DNA of 63,908 nt, filler included, from Vezdaea acicularis (taxonomy: Eukaryota): assembly GCA_026025075.1 (NCBI GenBank). It is 5 parts of 5 records of this genome, joined end to end, with 100 filler letters (N's around TTAATTAATTAA, not from the genome) between each part and the next. Parts side by side here need not be neighbours in the genome. Positions count along the whole stretch, not along the records: positions 1 to 15,300 come from JAPEUI010000224.1; positions 15,401 to 29,993 come from JAPEUI010000227.1; 3 more parts are not named here. One strand, given 5' to 3'. Each line of letters begins with the position of its first letter. Position 1 is the first letter of the stretch. A program made the position numbers and the translations under genes. Under the pieces are notes generated by a model, which worked only from the letters and a program-made list of their open reading frames with translations, was not told the DNA's origin and did not search any database. Below, in pieces: positions 13,701 to 25,366 of this stretch.

Positions 13701-14193
13701 CGCTGATTTTTGGGCACGGTTGTCCTGGATTTACTACGACTGGGTTGTTCTCAAGATCGCGATAATTGAAATACGACTGCTTCGGCGCCATTTGCAAGGT
13801 GGACTCGTGCTGGAAAAAACAAGACATTCCTGGTGTCCTCTCTTCCGAGGCGACTCGCAGTATAGAAACCAAACCCCATCCTAAATTCTCTCTCAATCGC
13901 AAAAATCATCACCATACGAACCAACTTGAGCTCCATCTTCCGAGTCGACTCGCGATATAAAAACCGAGCCAAGTCCATTCTTCTCTCGAGAATCACCGCT
14001 CAACCTGGCTCAACAACGCTCCCCGCCCTCCTCCCGCTCGACGTCTGCCAGCAAGAAGCATGTGCAGCACCGCGCAGCCCGTCCAACCCCTCTGACGCGT
14101 CGCTCGACGCCTCGCGACAGTCCGCGGTCGTCGAGGGCCGAGAGATTGGGCGGCAGCGGTGGTGATGGTGGCGTAGACGACGAGCTGGACCCC

Positions 14194-15236
14194 ATGGCGA
14201 CCTTCCTACAGTACTGGTAAACAAACTCTTTCTTTCAAACCCTCAATTGGCAGCCTACAGAATGTGCCTCTTTGCTAACCACGATATGATTCACAGCGCC
14301 ACGTGCGAGAAGCAGATCCCCTCTGCTAGCAGCTCCACGCTGTACTGCTCGGAATCGTGCCGCCGCAAGGACCACCAGCGCACCGCGCAACCGCCGTCGA
14401 CGAACTACCCCTCTAACCCCTCTCCACCATTAACGCCCCTCACCACAACCAGCGTCCCCCCTCCAAACCTCGCCCCGCAACGATTCTCTCTCGCGTCCCC
14501 CACAACAGCTGCGTACCTCCCCTCGCCCCAACCCTCGTCCTCGTCATCATCCACCTCCTCCTCCGCCGCCGCAACTTCAACACACACCCCCTCCTCAGAC
14601 CGCAGCGCGACCTCCACCCCGCGCCCCAAATCCTTCTCCGCGGCCGCCGACTCCCTCCGCAAATTCCAAGCCTCCACCTCCACCGCCCCCTCCTCCGCCG
14701 CCGCAGCAGCAGCAACCTACTACACCACCACCAACCCCTCCACCACCCTAACACCCCACGCCCGCAACCCAAGCATGCCCAACCTCTCCTCTCTGACCAT
14801 CACACCACTAACCCCCTTCTACCCCTCCACCACCACCACACCAACCTCCCCCACCTCCTCCCGCGCCCGCCCCCCCTCCTCCCGCTCCAAAAGCGGCAGC
14901 GGCACCGCGCCCACCACCCCCATCGGCTCCTTCTCCACCTCCTCCCGACCCGGCGCTGCTGCCACCGAGTACGGATACAATAGCTACATCTACCCCTCCT
15001 CCACGCGGCCCCTTCCCAGTCGCACCCCGGGCGTGTATAGCAGTAGTACACCCCGCAGCGTCGAGCTGGTCACACCACATGTGCCGTGGTTGCCGGGTGC
15101 GACGGCTGGGGATGCTGGTTCTGGTGCTGGGGGTAATGGTGGGGGGGTGGGGAAGAGGAGTGGGAATGGGAATGCGGGGGCGGGACAGTCGGGCTTATTC
15201 GCCTTTCGGGAGATGCGAGGGGGCGGCCGGGGCTAG
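14194..15236 (+). CDS. ECL1: Ecl1-family life-span regulator (Cys motif + S/T/P-rich tail), ~320 aa
   Basis: Spliced N-terminus MATFLQYCATCEKQI...LYCSESCRRKD. Intron 14217-14296 (GTAAAC..GCTAAC..CAG). Confidence 0.8.
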
Positions 15237-15300
15237 TCTTGTTGTTGTCCGGGTGATGTATGTGTCTTGCTCCGGGTCAGCGCTTTCTTGAAAGGGGGGC

Positions 15301-15400
15301 NNNNNNNNNNNNNNNNNNNNNNNNNNNNNNNNNNNNNNNNNNNNTTAATTAATTAANNNNNNNNNNNNNNNNNNNNNNNNNNNNNNNNNNNNNNNNNNNN
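15301..15400. other. Artificial contig-joining spacer
   Basis: N44-TTAATTAATTAA-N44; stops in all six frames. Confidence 0.98.
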
Positions 15401-15702
15401 CCCTATAATGGGAGTTCGCATACGATCTGGGTGACCCGGCGGTCGTCTAAACTAATGGTACATTCCTGAGGAACATGGTCCAAGAAGTACGTGATGCTGA
15501 CTACGTGAGTCATGCAATCCTAAAGCAACCTTTAGCATCCAAAGGACACACATGAATGGGCGCTAAGCAGCTGGTAAGAACGCTAAAACGAGATGTGGTA
15601 TAGAGTGAAAGGAAATGGGGGGGAAAACCAAATAACTTCATGTCCTCCCCTCCGGAGCCACAAGTTCTTCCTCTCATCGATCGGTCCCACCCAAGCTCGC
15701 AA

Positions 15703-18227
15703 CTAGTCCAAATCCACTGGGTCTTCTCTTGAGCCTGCCCCACTATAGGGATGAGGCACTGGATTTTGTCTTAAAGTCCTGATCCTACGACGAGCAACCC
15801 TTCGTGTAGTAGCGTTCTGTTGGTGTTGAGCCACTTGCAACTGGGGCACACCTCGGGTTGCGGGAGGAGCAACCCTTGGCGTGGTAGCATTCTGTTGGTA
15901 CTGAGCCACCTGCAACTGGGGTACACCTTGAGCTGCAGGTAGAGTCAAGCTTTGTATCGTAGCGTTCTGTTGGTGCTGAGCCGCCTGCAATTGGGGTACA
16001 CCTTGGCTTGAAGGAAGAGCAAGCCTTGGTATGGTAGCGTTCTGTTGGTGCTGAGCCACCTGCAATTGGGGCACACCTTGTTGTGAGGGAACAGTAACCC
16101 CTGATGTGGTAGCTTTATCATGGTTCTTAGCCACAAATTTTTGGGCACAATCAGGGCAACGTCGAGCTGACCAGATTTCGCCCTTATTTTGTTTACCCTT
16201 TTTACGGCGATTTTTATTCTGTCTGGCAGACTCATTTCCCAGTCCGATAGGCTCGTTTCCCAGTCTGAAAGACTCGTTTCCCAGTCTAACAGGCTCGTTT
16301 CCCAGTCTGACAGGTTCGTTTCCAGCATTCTGGGCTCGCCTTTGTCGTTCCGCCGCAATTCTTGCTAAAAGCTCAGTGTTACTGAGCTCTTCCAGCGGTT
16401 CATCCTCTACGCTGGCTCCGGTGGGCATAAGAGGTTGAAGTGATTGATGCTGTACATCAAGTTTCATCCCCCCCCGGTCATTCCCTTCTTCCTTTAGCTC
16501 TCTTAAAGGTCGATCTGACAATTGGATCTGTGAAAGTGAATCATTCAAACTAGTGAAATTTGGCGCGGCAGGCTGTTGCGGGTAATGCAATCTAGCCCGG
16601 TCAAGAGGCCTGTCAACGACTGGACAAACTGTAGGACCAATGATACTTCCAGGGGTCGCATTCTCTTTACCGATATTGCTAGTCCTGGAAGCCTGACAAG
16701 GATTTATCTGGAGATATGGGTCGTTGCGCTGTATTTGGCGCTCTCTTCTCTTCAGACCTGACATAGTGAGACCTTTAGCTCCAAGAAAGTTCCCGAGTTG
16801 AGAAAGCGTAAGCGAGGGCGGAACTTGAAATCGATGTTCAGGGTACACTTCGCGAAGTCGCTGAGCTCGGTATTCATTCTTCTGCTGAGTCGTCGTCTTC
16901 GAGAGTCGTCCATTGACCCAATTCTGATCTGGCTGACGTCCATTCGTTCCCCGTATCTGATGAGGAGAAGGTTGTTGCGCCTGCAGTTCGTGACTCTGAG
17001 CTCCTTGAAGGAAAGCTTTATTGACTTGTGCGCTTGCCGGTTGCTGTCTTTGTACTATTTGACGACCTTCAAGTTGTCCTGGCGTCTGGGGAGGGAAGGG
17101 CCATTGCACATGGGATTCATGACTCTGGGCTCCTTGAAGGAAATATTGATTGATCTGGGCATTTGCCGGTTGCTGTCTTTGTATTCTTTGAGGGCCTTCA
17201 ATTTGCCCTGGCCTCTCTGAAGGAAAGGGCCGTTGCGCCGGGAACTCATGAATTTGAGCGCCTTGAAGGACAGCTTGATTAATTTGGACGGCTACCGGTT
17301 GCTGTGTTTGTGTGCTTTGAGGTGCTTCAGCAGGTGGTTGCCATAGACCCTCGAAATATAAGTTAACAGCTATGTGAAAGAGTCAACCACGACATCATCT
17401 ATATTATCAAGACTTCGGCGTACCATTCTCCATGTCACCACCTGCCACCTTTCTAATTTCTGTCAATGCCACTGGAGTGAATCTTCGATCTACGATGGTC
17501 TCAAATAGGTCCGCATCAAAGTCATGCGGAGTGACTCGGGTGATTTCCTCTTCCGCTGTCTCATGTTCGAAATCTGCTAGTATTGACCTCTCTCTCGGGT
17601 TGGAAGGCTCAGGGTAGTCGAGTACCATCTGATTTGGATAGTGTGTGACCACGTCGGCAATTGAGGCCTGAGCAGCAGGTTCTTTCGGGACAAGGATGCC
17701 TAAAGACTGCTCCGCTCGGTTTTGTGCTTGATTGGATACCATACGGGTATATTCGTGATTTACAAGAGTAGAGAACATGTAATTAAATGGAGCAGGCGAG
17801 CCATACTTAGAGTGAGGCGAGTGGCGCTGGAAATCGACGGGATGATCGTTTATTTCCCTGGAGTTGGACCCAGTGGCCTTGAGCAGAAGTCAGCATGGGC
17901 CTAACTTGAGTTGCAAGTTCACAGCATTCCAGCAGATCTGTTGAGTGTTCTTGCCGCATAGTTAGAGGTAACGATGCTCACCATTGTAGTTTGCTGTGCC
18001 CATACTGGGGCGCGGGGGCCATAGGCGGGTATCTGCAAGCTTCGAAGCCCTCCGTGGTTAAGGTTAGTACGATCATGGCTATTGTCTGTATCATCTAGAG
18101 CAGCTTCTGAACCCGCTGTAAGCAGAGGTTGGTCATCAGCTACCATCGTTGAACGCCTCTCGAGGTTGAGTGTTTGAGGTATCCTACTATGTTCCAATCC
18201 ACCAGCCATATCTTCATAATATCTCAT
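15703..18227 (-). CDS. Orphan repeat-rich protein (~788 aa) with a UBA-like segment and a C-terminal SIM-like motif
   Basis: Exons 18227-17982, 17877-17424, 17369-15703 (2367 nt, in frame). Introns GTGAGC..GCTGAC..AAG and GTACGC..TAG. Splicing creates FDADLFETIVDRRFTPVALTEIRKVAGGDMENAVNLYFEGLW. Ends GSREDPVDLD*. Start codon uncertain. Confidence 0.6.
15790..16085 (-). repeat. 4 x 75-nt coding tandem repeat (GVPQLQVAQHQQNAT..., 25 aa)
   Basis: ttctgttgg recurs at 15815, 15890, 15965 and 16040. Confidence 0.9.
16231..16325 (-). repeat. ~4.5 x 21-nt coding tandem repeat (GNEPVRL)
   Basis: ctcgtttcccagtctRacagg-type units; protein GNEPVRLGNEPVRLGNESFRLGNEPIGLGNES. Confidence 0.9.
16960..17330 (-). 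repeat. ~3 x 129-nt coding tandem repeat (43 aa, QQP..QIN..FLQGAQSHE)
   Basis: ccttgaagg recurs at 17003, 17132 and 17261. Confidence 0.85.
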
Positions 18228-18291
18228 TTCTTCATTCCTAACCACCGGTAGACTTAGTAAAGATCGTACCGACTTTTCTTGGCCATGAGCT

Positions 18292-20645
18292 TCACCTCTC
18301 TTGATACAGCTCGTTTAGCCTTTTGCGATGCCACGTGAACGATGAGTAATTTCCTCCGAGAATAGGCTCCAAAATACTCTTGCCTACACGATCAGCAGGA
18401 CTCGCATTTTCCAGATTACCCATCTGCTGTCGAAGGGTATCATAAGCATCTGCAAAGCATTTTAGGACCCTAGCAATATTCCCAGAGCCACCAGATATAT
18501 CGTTGGAAGCATTATTAGGATCTTCTATCGAAAGACGATTCATGTTCTTGTAGTGAATGAATTGATGTTGAGACTCAAATGAGCGTGTCAGCTTGGTTCA
18601 GACAGGTAAGGAGAAGCATACCTTTTCAAAGTATCCAGGTGGACTCAGTCTAATGCCCACTCTGTCAATATCAAATTCTTTGCCATACAGCTCGAAGAAC
18701 GCCATCAGTAGCTCTCCAAGGTTACGTGTAGTAACCATGTTTCCACTCTGGACTGCACCCATATTCTGCAAAAGACTCGTGACCATACAGGTGACCGAGA
18801 ATCCGCCTAAACCTCCGGTCGAGACGTCGTTCAAATTCCGCATTGCCAACAACTGTTTGACTAGAGTCACAATGATCGGCATTGCCGGGAATTGATGTTT
18901 CCAGAGGTTGAAGGTCTTATTTGCAATGATCCCGGTCATGTTCTCCAGCGACAGATCGACCCGAAGCCGCGTCTTTCGATCAACGAATTTGATGAGTGGA
19001 ACTCTAGATTTCGGGATGACAATTATTGAGTCAGGAATAGCGATGTCTTTCTCAATAAGCAATTGTTGAATGCTATACAAGTATTTACGAGCGGGCTCGA
19101 AGTGCTTGTACGACCCAGAAGTAAAGGCGGCAGAGTTCATTACAAGGTCCATATCAGCATCTGGCAGATAGAGTCCTGCAGCAAAAGACCCAAAGCTGTG
19201 GATACTTGCTTCTTTCCATCTTGAACACAGGGTGCTGGAAAGACGAATGACGAGCTCATCACGAATAATTTGCTCATGGCGCTGAGGTCGGACATACTCC
19301 CAAAAGTCGTGGATCTCCTCATGTAGCCTATGTATACAATAAGCCGGACTAGCAGCTGGAAAGGCCCACAAAGATAGTAGATTCAAATAGAAGAAGCTTG
19401 ATTAAATGTTCGAGAGACTTACCAGATTGAAACATCCTGGTCTTTTCGGCTTCCAATATTGATCCAGGGTGTGGTGGTCTGCCCCCTAAGCGGAGCCCAA
19501 GCATGCACGATTCTGCCGTTACCAGCCCTCCTTATTTTGGAAGGAAGAGGAGGCTCATCCAGATCATCATCACTTTCCAAATGTCTCTTTCTCTTTCCAA
19601 GTGTAGCACTTGGTGGAGCTCTTTCTTCCTCTAAATGACGTCGGCTCGCTTTGGTAGAGACTAAGTTTTCGTGCCCATCCTTGCCATTTGCACGTATGGG
19701 TGTGTTTAGCGTACCCTGTGCCCTTATCTTATGAGAAGAGCCACTATCAGTCTTATGCTCGTCACCACTAGAGTCTAGCGAGATGAATCCCTCGCGACTG
19801 GTAGCCTTTGCGTCAGTCTGAGGCTTTTCAGCCACGCGGGCCTTTCGAATGAGTTTGACAACGTCCTTCTTCTTTGCCTTAGCGTCATTCGGTGGTGGTA
19901 AGGCTGAATATGGGTCCGGATTGGACCACTTTTGATTGGGAGTATCGTTACCGAGGGCACCTCTGAGTGACTCTTGAGCTGCTTGCGATACGACTAGTTC
20001 TTCCGGGCGGTTCTTGTCAAGAGCTGAAGAAATTCCCGAAGCCTCAAGTCTTTCGTCCTCCGACTCTAGGTCTGATTGAATATCCATCTCGTCTTCCTGA
20101 CTATCAGAAACGTCATTCACGTCAATGTATTTGTGACTACCATCATTTTCTAGGGACATTCCTGCCAGTTGCTCAGGAGTTCGCTCCCTTTCAGCCTGTA
20201 AAAGTGGGCGAGTCGCAGCAACCTTGTCCACTCTGATGTTGGAAGGCTGTCCGAAACGCTGTGAACGTCCATTGCGTACGCGCCTTTTTTTATGGGTTGG
20301 TGCTGTGCCATCGGCTCTTGGCTGATAGCTTTGAGGCCCGTGAGGGAATCGAGGAGCAGCTGGAATGTTGCTTGGCAATTGTGGGTTAAAGGCAAAATGT
20401 CCCATATCTCGATCGTGTAAGGGATAATTGCTGTTTTGGCTGTTTATGGGAGGCATAGAACGAGAACGATGCTGTGGAGTAGCCAACTCAAATCGGGCTG
20501 GGCTTGAAACGTAATGTGGTTGTGTTTGATTTAGACCATTTGGATACATAGGCAGCCCGTGGTGAGGACCAGTGAAGACTGGATTACCATTTTGAAGATA
20601 GCTTGACTCATATCCATAAGGGTTTTTAGGGGGAGGCTGCCCCAT
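18292..20645 (-). CDS. TRF4: Non-canonical poly(A) polymerase Trf4/Cid14 (TRAMP), ~736 aa
   Basis: WLHEEIHDF; nucleotidyltransferase motif FGSFAAGLYLPDADMDLV; GGLGGFSV; PAP-associated LSIEDPNNASNDISGGS. Exons 20645-19423, 19327-18622, 18573-18292; the second acceptor appears to be GAG. Confidence 0.9.
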
Positions 20646-21420
20646 GATGTACTGCCTCAGCTTGACGTTGTGGAGTTATATGTTAACTCTTGAAGAAAGA
20701 CCAAAGAGACAAAGACGGTGTTGACACTCGACTTGTGTGCGATCGGTGTACGAGACCTTCGCAGACTTTACAAGAAAGGAAAGGGGGAAGAGAAACGATA
20801 CAGCAGAGAGCCTACCACGAATGGCTAAAGTTGAAGCTGACGGAGATGTACCATACGCTGTAGCCTTTGCAAGGAAGGAAGTGAAAGTCCACGACGGAAT
20901 GAAAACAACAAAAGAGCCTCGACTTTGTGGGCAAGAAAAGTTTTCGCTTCGATAGGCGAAATGAGGCTCTGATAACGTGATTGTATGCCCGTGTCAATAG
21001 TGTTCTGCTGCTTCCGGTTGATACAGAGAGTGGCGAATCCGCTAGGTCGCTGCTACAGTAGAGGTGTGCTCTCCGAAGATATGAATTGATGGCCTAACTC
21101 TGAGCAGTAACCTCAAGGTTAGTCCCTGACTTTCGGGATGACGGAATGTTACTATTTACCCTCAGTCCTTCTTAAGCATATGAATACCACATTGAATCTC
21201 AAAATAGCCTTCAAATCGTTACGCAAAGTTGGTGAATAAGCTTGATCCTTTGTTAGTAGCCTCTTTATTGATTCCTTGTTCATGGCTACCGAGAACAAGG
21301 ATCATTCGCCGCTTGCTTGGATGACTAACATTAGCTTTTAACCTTAGCCGCGGCAAGGTATTTTAACAAATCAATTGTTTTGACACGAACCTCTATCCTA
21401 CCCGTTTTGGATTTTTCGTA

Positions 21421-22471
21421 ATGGGTAACGATGGCGGAAGGTTAGTCTCCACCCTTCATCCATGATACACAAACTAATGCCATCCACCACAGCATACCAA
21501 AGCGCCGCGAGTTAGTGAAAGAAGCGGCGCGCAACCCTACCAGCTCCGAGCTTAAGGAAACACTGCAGGAGCAGCAGGCATTTCAGTGGACAACATGTCC
21601 TCTTTCCCATGAGCCCCTGATACGGCCTGTAGTCTCCGACTCGTCAGGTCGGCTGTACAATAAAGACGCCATCCTAGAATTCCTCCTTCCCTCCGTTGAT
21701 GAGATATCCGTTAGCAAGGAAGATGGGGAAGAGGTACTCCAAGGAAGAGTCAAGGGGCTAAAGGATGTAGTGGAGGTCAAATTCGAAGTCGAAGAGGGCA
21801 GCCTATCCAAGGATGCAACAAGTGAGCTCAAGCGCGAGAGATGGGTCTGCCCGGTGACACGGAAGCAGCTTGGTTCAAAGGTCAAGTCTGTCTATCTAGT
21901 ACCCTGCGGACACGCTTTTTCAGAGAGCGCCGTGAAAGAGATTGCTGGCGATAGCTGTTTACAGGTGAGCTGAGTCCCAAGATGTCTTAGAGAAATTCTT
22001 ACCAGACCTCAGTGTAACGAGTCGTTCTCGCAAGAGAACGTCATTCCCATCCTCCCCCTCACCTCACCTGAGTTGGAAAAGCTCGAGTTGAGAATCGCAA
22101 AGCTGAAAGAGCAAGGCTTGACGCACTCGCTCAAGAAAGCTTCAGGCGCAGGTAAGAAACGAAAGAAGCATGGTGATACGAACGACTCATCTGAAGCACT
22201 ACCAAATGATTCAAAAAAGCCTCAGAAGAGCTCAGCTCCACAGGACGGAAGTAGTGCATCGCTCTCCAGCGGCAAGATCCACAATGAGGCCACGGCTGCT
22301 TTGACGGCAAAGGTCCTTGAGTTTGAGAAAGAGCGGAATAAGCGGCGAAAGCTCGGTCTGAACGATAATCTGAAAAGTCTGTTCTCAGGAACGAAGGACG
22401 GCGAGAGTCTCAACAAGACTGGCGATTTCATGACGAGGGGCTATTCGATACCAAGCGGCGCAAAGAGATAG
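21421..22471 (+). CDS. RTF2: Replication termination factor Rtf2 (RING-like), ~316 aa
   Basis: MGNDGGSIPKRRELVKE, WTTCPLSHEPL, WVCPVT, PCGHAFSE, CLQC. Introns 21441-21492 and 21965-22012. Confidence 0.92.
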
Positions 22472-22665
22472 GTGGGAAGGTCTGCGGGGGGCATTAGGCG
22501 GCGTATTGGCTTTAATCGGGGGCAAACCCTCGAACAGAAGGAAAACTACCACATATTGCTCAATGCCGAAGAATTCTGCTTTGGGGACATGTAGATTCTC
22601 GTGCGAACGCTATTTTATAATGCCAAAATAAATGGGAATATTCTACCATCTCCCAATTGATAACC

Positions 22666-24471
22666 TCACAGCTCATCCTTCCCACTAACTTTCTCCTTCT
22701 CACTCCCCTCACAAGCAGCCGGGGTTCCAACCTCCATCTTATAGACACATTTCTCCACCTCCGCGACCCTCCAAATCTCCTCCTTCTCCGCACACCCGAG
22801 CACAACAGTCGTGCTCCTACTCGGCCCGTTCCAGCAGTGCTGCCCACCCTCATACAGCAACGCGAGCCGCTCCCCGACGCCCAACCCCTTGCCATCGGCA
22901 GGCACGTCCTCATCCACAACCACCTTGTCGAACCTCACGAAATTGCCCAAGTTCGTCCCACCGCCGCCTTTCTGGGGAATCTGCATGGTTTTGTCCATCC
23001 AGCAGAGCTCGTAGGTATACTCGCCACTGTCGGTCTTGACACAGTGACCCTTGAGGGCGCGGAAGATGTCCGAAGGGCCGTGGTCACGAGCGAGATCCTC
23101 GTTTTGGGCCGTGAGGTCTTTCTGTTTGTTGTCGCGGTCGGTTTGGGCGGCTTCGAGTGCGTTGCGGGCGGCGGAGACGAGGTAGGATTCTGCGCCGTTG
23201 CCGTTGTCGGCGAGGATGCCGTTCTCGATCAGCATTACGCGGAGAGAGCGGAGTTTCTGGTCGAGCCAGTGGCGCAGGGATGGCGGGAGGTAAGCTTCAA
23301 ACTGGTATACTGCCAGTATGTTAGTATATCGTAGAGACTTAAACGAGTGGGGTTACACGTACGAACACCAACGTCATCCTCCTCCCCTCCTTCCCACTCC
23401 GCCCAATTGATGCCTTGGTCCTGTCCATCCGGCTTGAGAATCTCATTCAGGTCACGTTCTTCTGCAGCGTTGTCATCTACGCCAACCGTCGCCCCGGATT
23501 CTTTGCCAGCAGCATAGTCATCCCAGGCCTTGACCGCTCGCTTCACGCCCTCGTCGTTGAAGTTCGGGTTGTAGTCCACCCGGAAGTTGGTAAGAATCTC
23601 CTCGAGCTGTTTGACCTTGTTGTGGTATATATCTCGCTGCGAGCGGACGGATAGCAGATTCGTTCTTAGCTCTTCAATCCGATCTTTCGCAATGCCAGCT
23701 AAGACATTGACTCGGCTTCCACCGGGAGAACCCTTCACCACCTTGCCCTTCTCTTTTATTTCTACATCTGCCAACTCCTTCTCCAGAACCAATACTCGCT
23801 GATCTGCACTCTTCACCTCCGTGCTCAGCTGCGCGATCCTGCTCTCAACTTCCTGCCTTTTCGTCGTCGCCTCCAACACCATCTCTTTCCTCCGCTTGAG
23901 GGCAGCACCCATAGCCTTCTTTCTCGCGTTGTCCAGTGCCCGCCATTCCTTTCCTATCTCCTTACACCGGTTCTCGCACGTAACGCCCCCTGCCCCATCC
24001 CATTCATCGCTACCGTCACAACATAATTCATAGTCGCAGACTCCGTCATTAACATTGGTGAAGGGTATATAGCCAGGGTTGTGGCCCTTGTTCTTGCAAT
24101 AGAAGCCAGGGAGTGATATTACTGCTTGTTGACTGTCGTTCTGAGAGAGAGGAAAGACGTGTGAGCAGGCAGAGGTTCCAGGCTCGTCGGAGCCATCGGG
24201 GCAGTCGCAGTAGTCGTCGTTGACCTGGTCCAGAGACAATATGATGGTCGGGTTCGATATGCAAGCGAACCTGTCTGCCGCCTTGTAGAACTTCGCGACT
24301 ACGTATTGTCAGTGAGAAGCACTATCACGCGCAGCGAAACCCCATGGTCCTGCTTTGGAGGGGGCTGCAAAACTTACATTCAGGTCCAACACCTCTAGGC
24401 CGTGGAGCATCTGCAGCAACGGCTAAACCAGCAGCCGAGCTTAGCAGTATTAACGCATGCAATCGGCGCAT
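22666..24471 (-). CDS. GTB1: Glucosidase II beta subunit, ~557 aa
   Basis: Signal peptide; VNDDYCDCPDGSDEPGTSAC; MRH domain (YTYELCW...GQHCWNGPSRS...KCVYKM..TPAAC); C-terminal KDEL. Introns 24377-24299 and 23362-23310. Confidence 0.93.
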
Positions 24472-24639
24472 GTTGTCATGCAATCTGTACTACAATTGGT
24501 GAACATCAAAAGGGGAATGTTGATGCGCGTTTCGAGATCGCGGTTTTCGGCCAGATCCTCGCTAAGAAATTTCGAGGGACAGGGGTATGAGCTTCATAGG
24601 ATGTTAAGCTACAAAAGCCGGACCCACCAACAAACCAGC

Positions 24640-24908
24640 TGTTACTGTGAGGCGCGTGCGTATGGGCAGGCAACAGACTAGTCTCACTTCGGATGGTCGC
24701 ATGCGTATCGCATGCGAGTCGCAGGCGGTAGTCAATAGTAGATAGTATTCAATAGATGTCTCTTAGGATTGATACGATTGAATACTAAGGAGCTATTCTA
24801 CAGTGCTTCCCCGCTTTCCTATATGACGGTGGTCACATGACGTATACCTAGCGCTTGCCAAGCGCAGTCGAGTCGCAGGCTAAGTCACGGGAAGGTAGGT
24901 TCGTGACA
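24640..24908 (-). repeat. 3' LTR (~263-269 bp)
   Basis: Minus strand starts TGTCACGAACC at 24908, right after the PPT. Far end is TGTTAC (24640) or TGTGAG (24646) on +. Bases 24782-24908 match 63782-63908 in reverse complement. Confidence 0.85.
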
Positions 24909-24923
24909 ACTACCCCCCCCTTT
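24909..24923 (-). other. Polypurine tract (plus-strand primer)
   Basis: Minus strand AAAGGGGGGGGTAGT directly 5' of the LTR TG. Confidence 0.85.
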
Positions 24924-25169
24924 ATGCCTGCGGTCCCCGCAGGGCTTATTGTGGCTGATAGGTAGGGGTTGTCATTCCGATACTTCAGAGTCCCCTCAGC
25001 CGCGCGTGCCGTGAGCAGGCCTCCCTGTGCAGCGCTATCATGGTCTTCGTGGTCCGCATGCGAGTCGTATGCGAGTCGCATGCGTCCTTACCCTTATTGG
25101 GAGCCCCTGACCTGTTGAAATGTGGGGATATCTAGTCCGTTTGAGAGGGACCTTCAGGCACGACGCTGT

Positions 25170-25366
25170 GGGGGCTCTTAGGGGCCGCATATTGTCCGCG
25201 TGCGGACCGCATGCGGGGCTCCTACCCCCTAACTCCTGTTAGGGTCCCTTGCTGTTTTCCTCTTCTTACTTCGTGGGTCTTAAGGGGCCGCATGTTGGTC
25301 GCGTGCGGAACGCATGCGGGGGCTCTACCCCCTAACTCCTGTTAGGAGTCCCTTGCTGTTTTCCTT
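25170..25366. repeat. 2 x ~103-bp direct repeat inside the retrotransposon 3' region
   Basis: ggggccgcat...cgcatgcgggg...ctaccccctaactcctgttagg..tcccttgctgttttcct recurs at 25181 and 25284. Confidence 0.85.

Noticed and set aside
15345..15356. TTAATTAATTAA palindrome recurring about every 14.5 kb
   Set aside because: Always centred in N runs; a synthetic six-frame stop linker. ORFs crossing it (30042-30248, 44518-44727) are artefacts.
16231..16325. 21-nt repeats as a CRISPR-like array
   Set aside because: No unique spacers, period divisible by 3 within an ORF, eukaryotic context, no cas genes.
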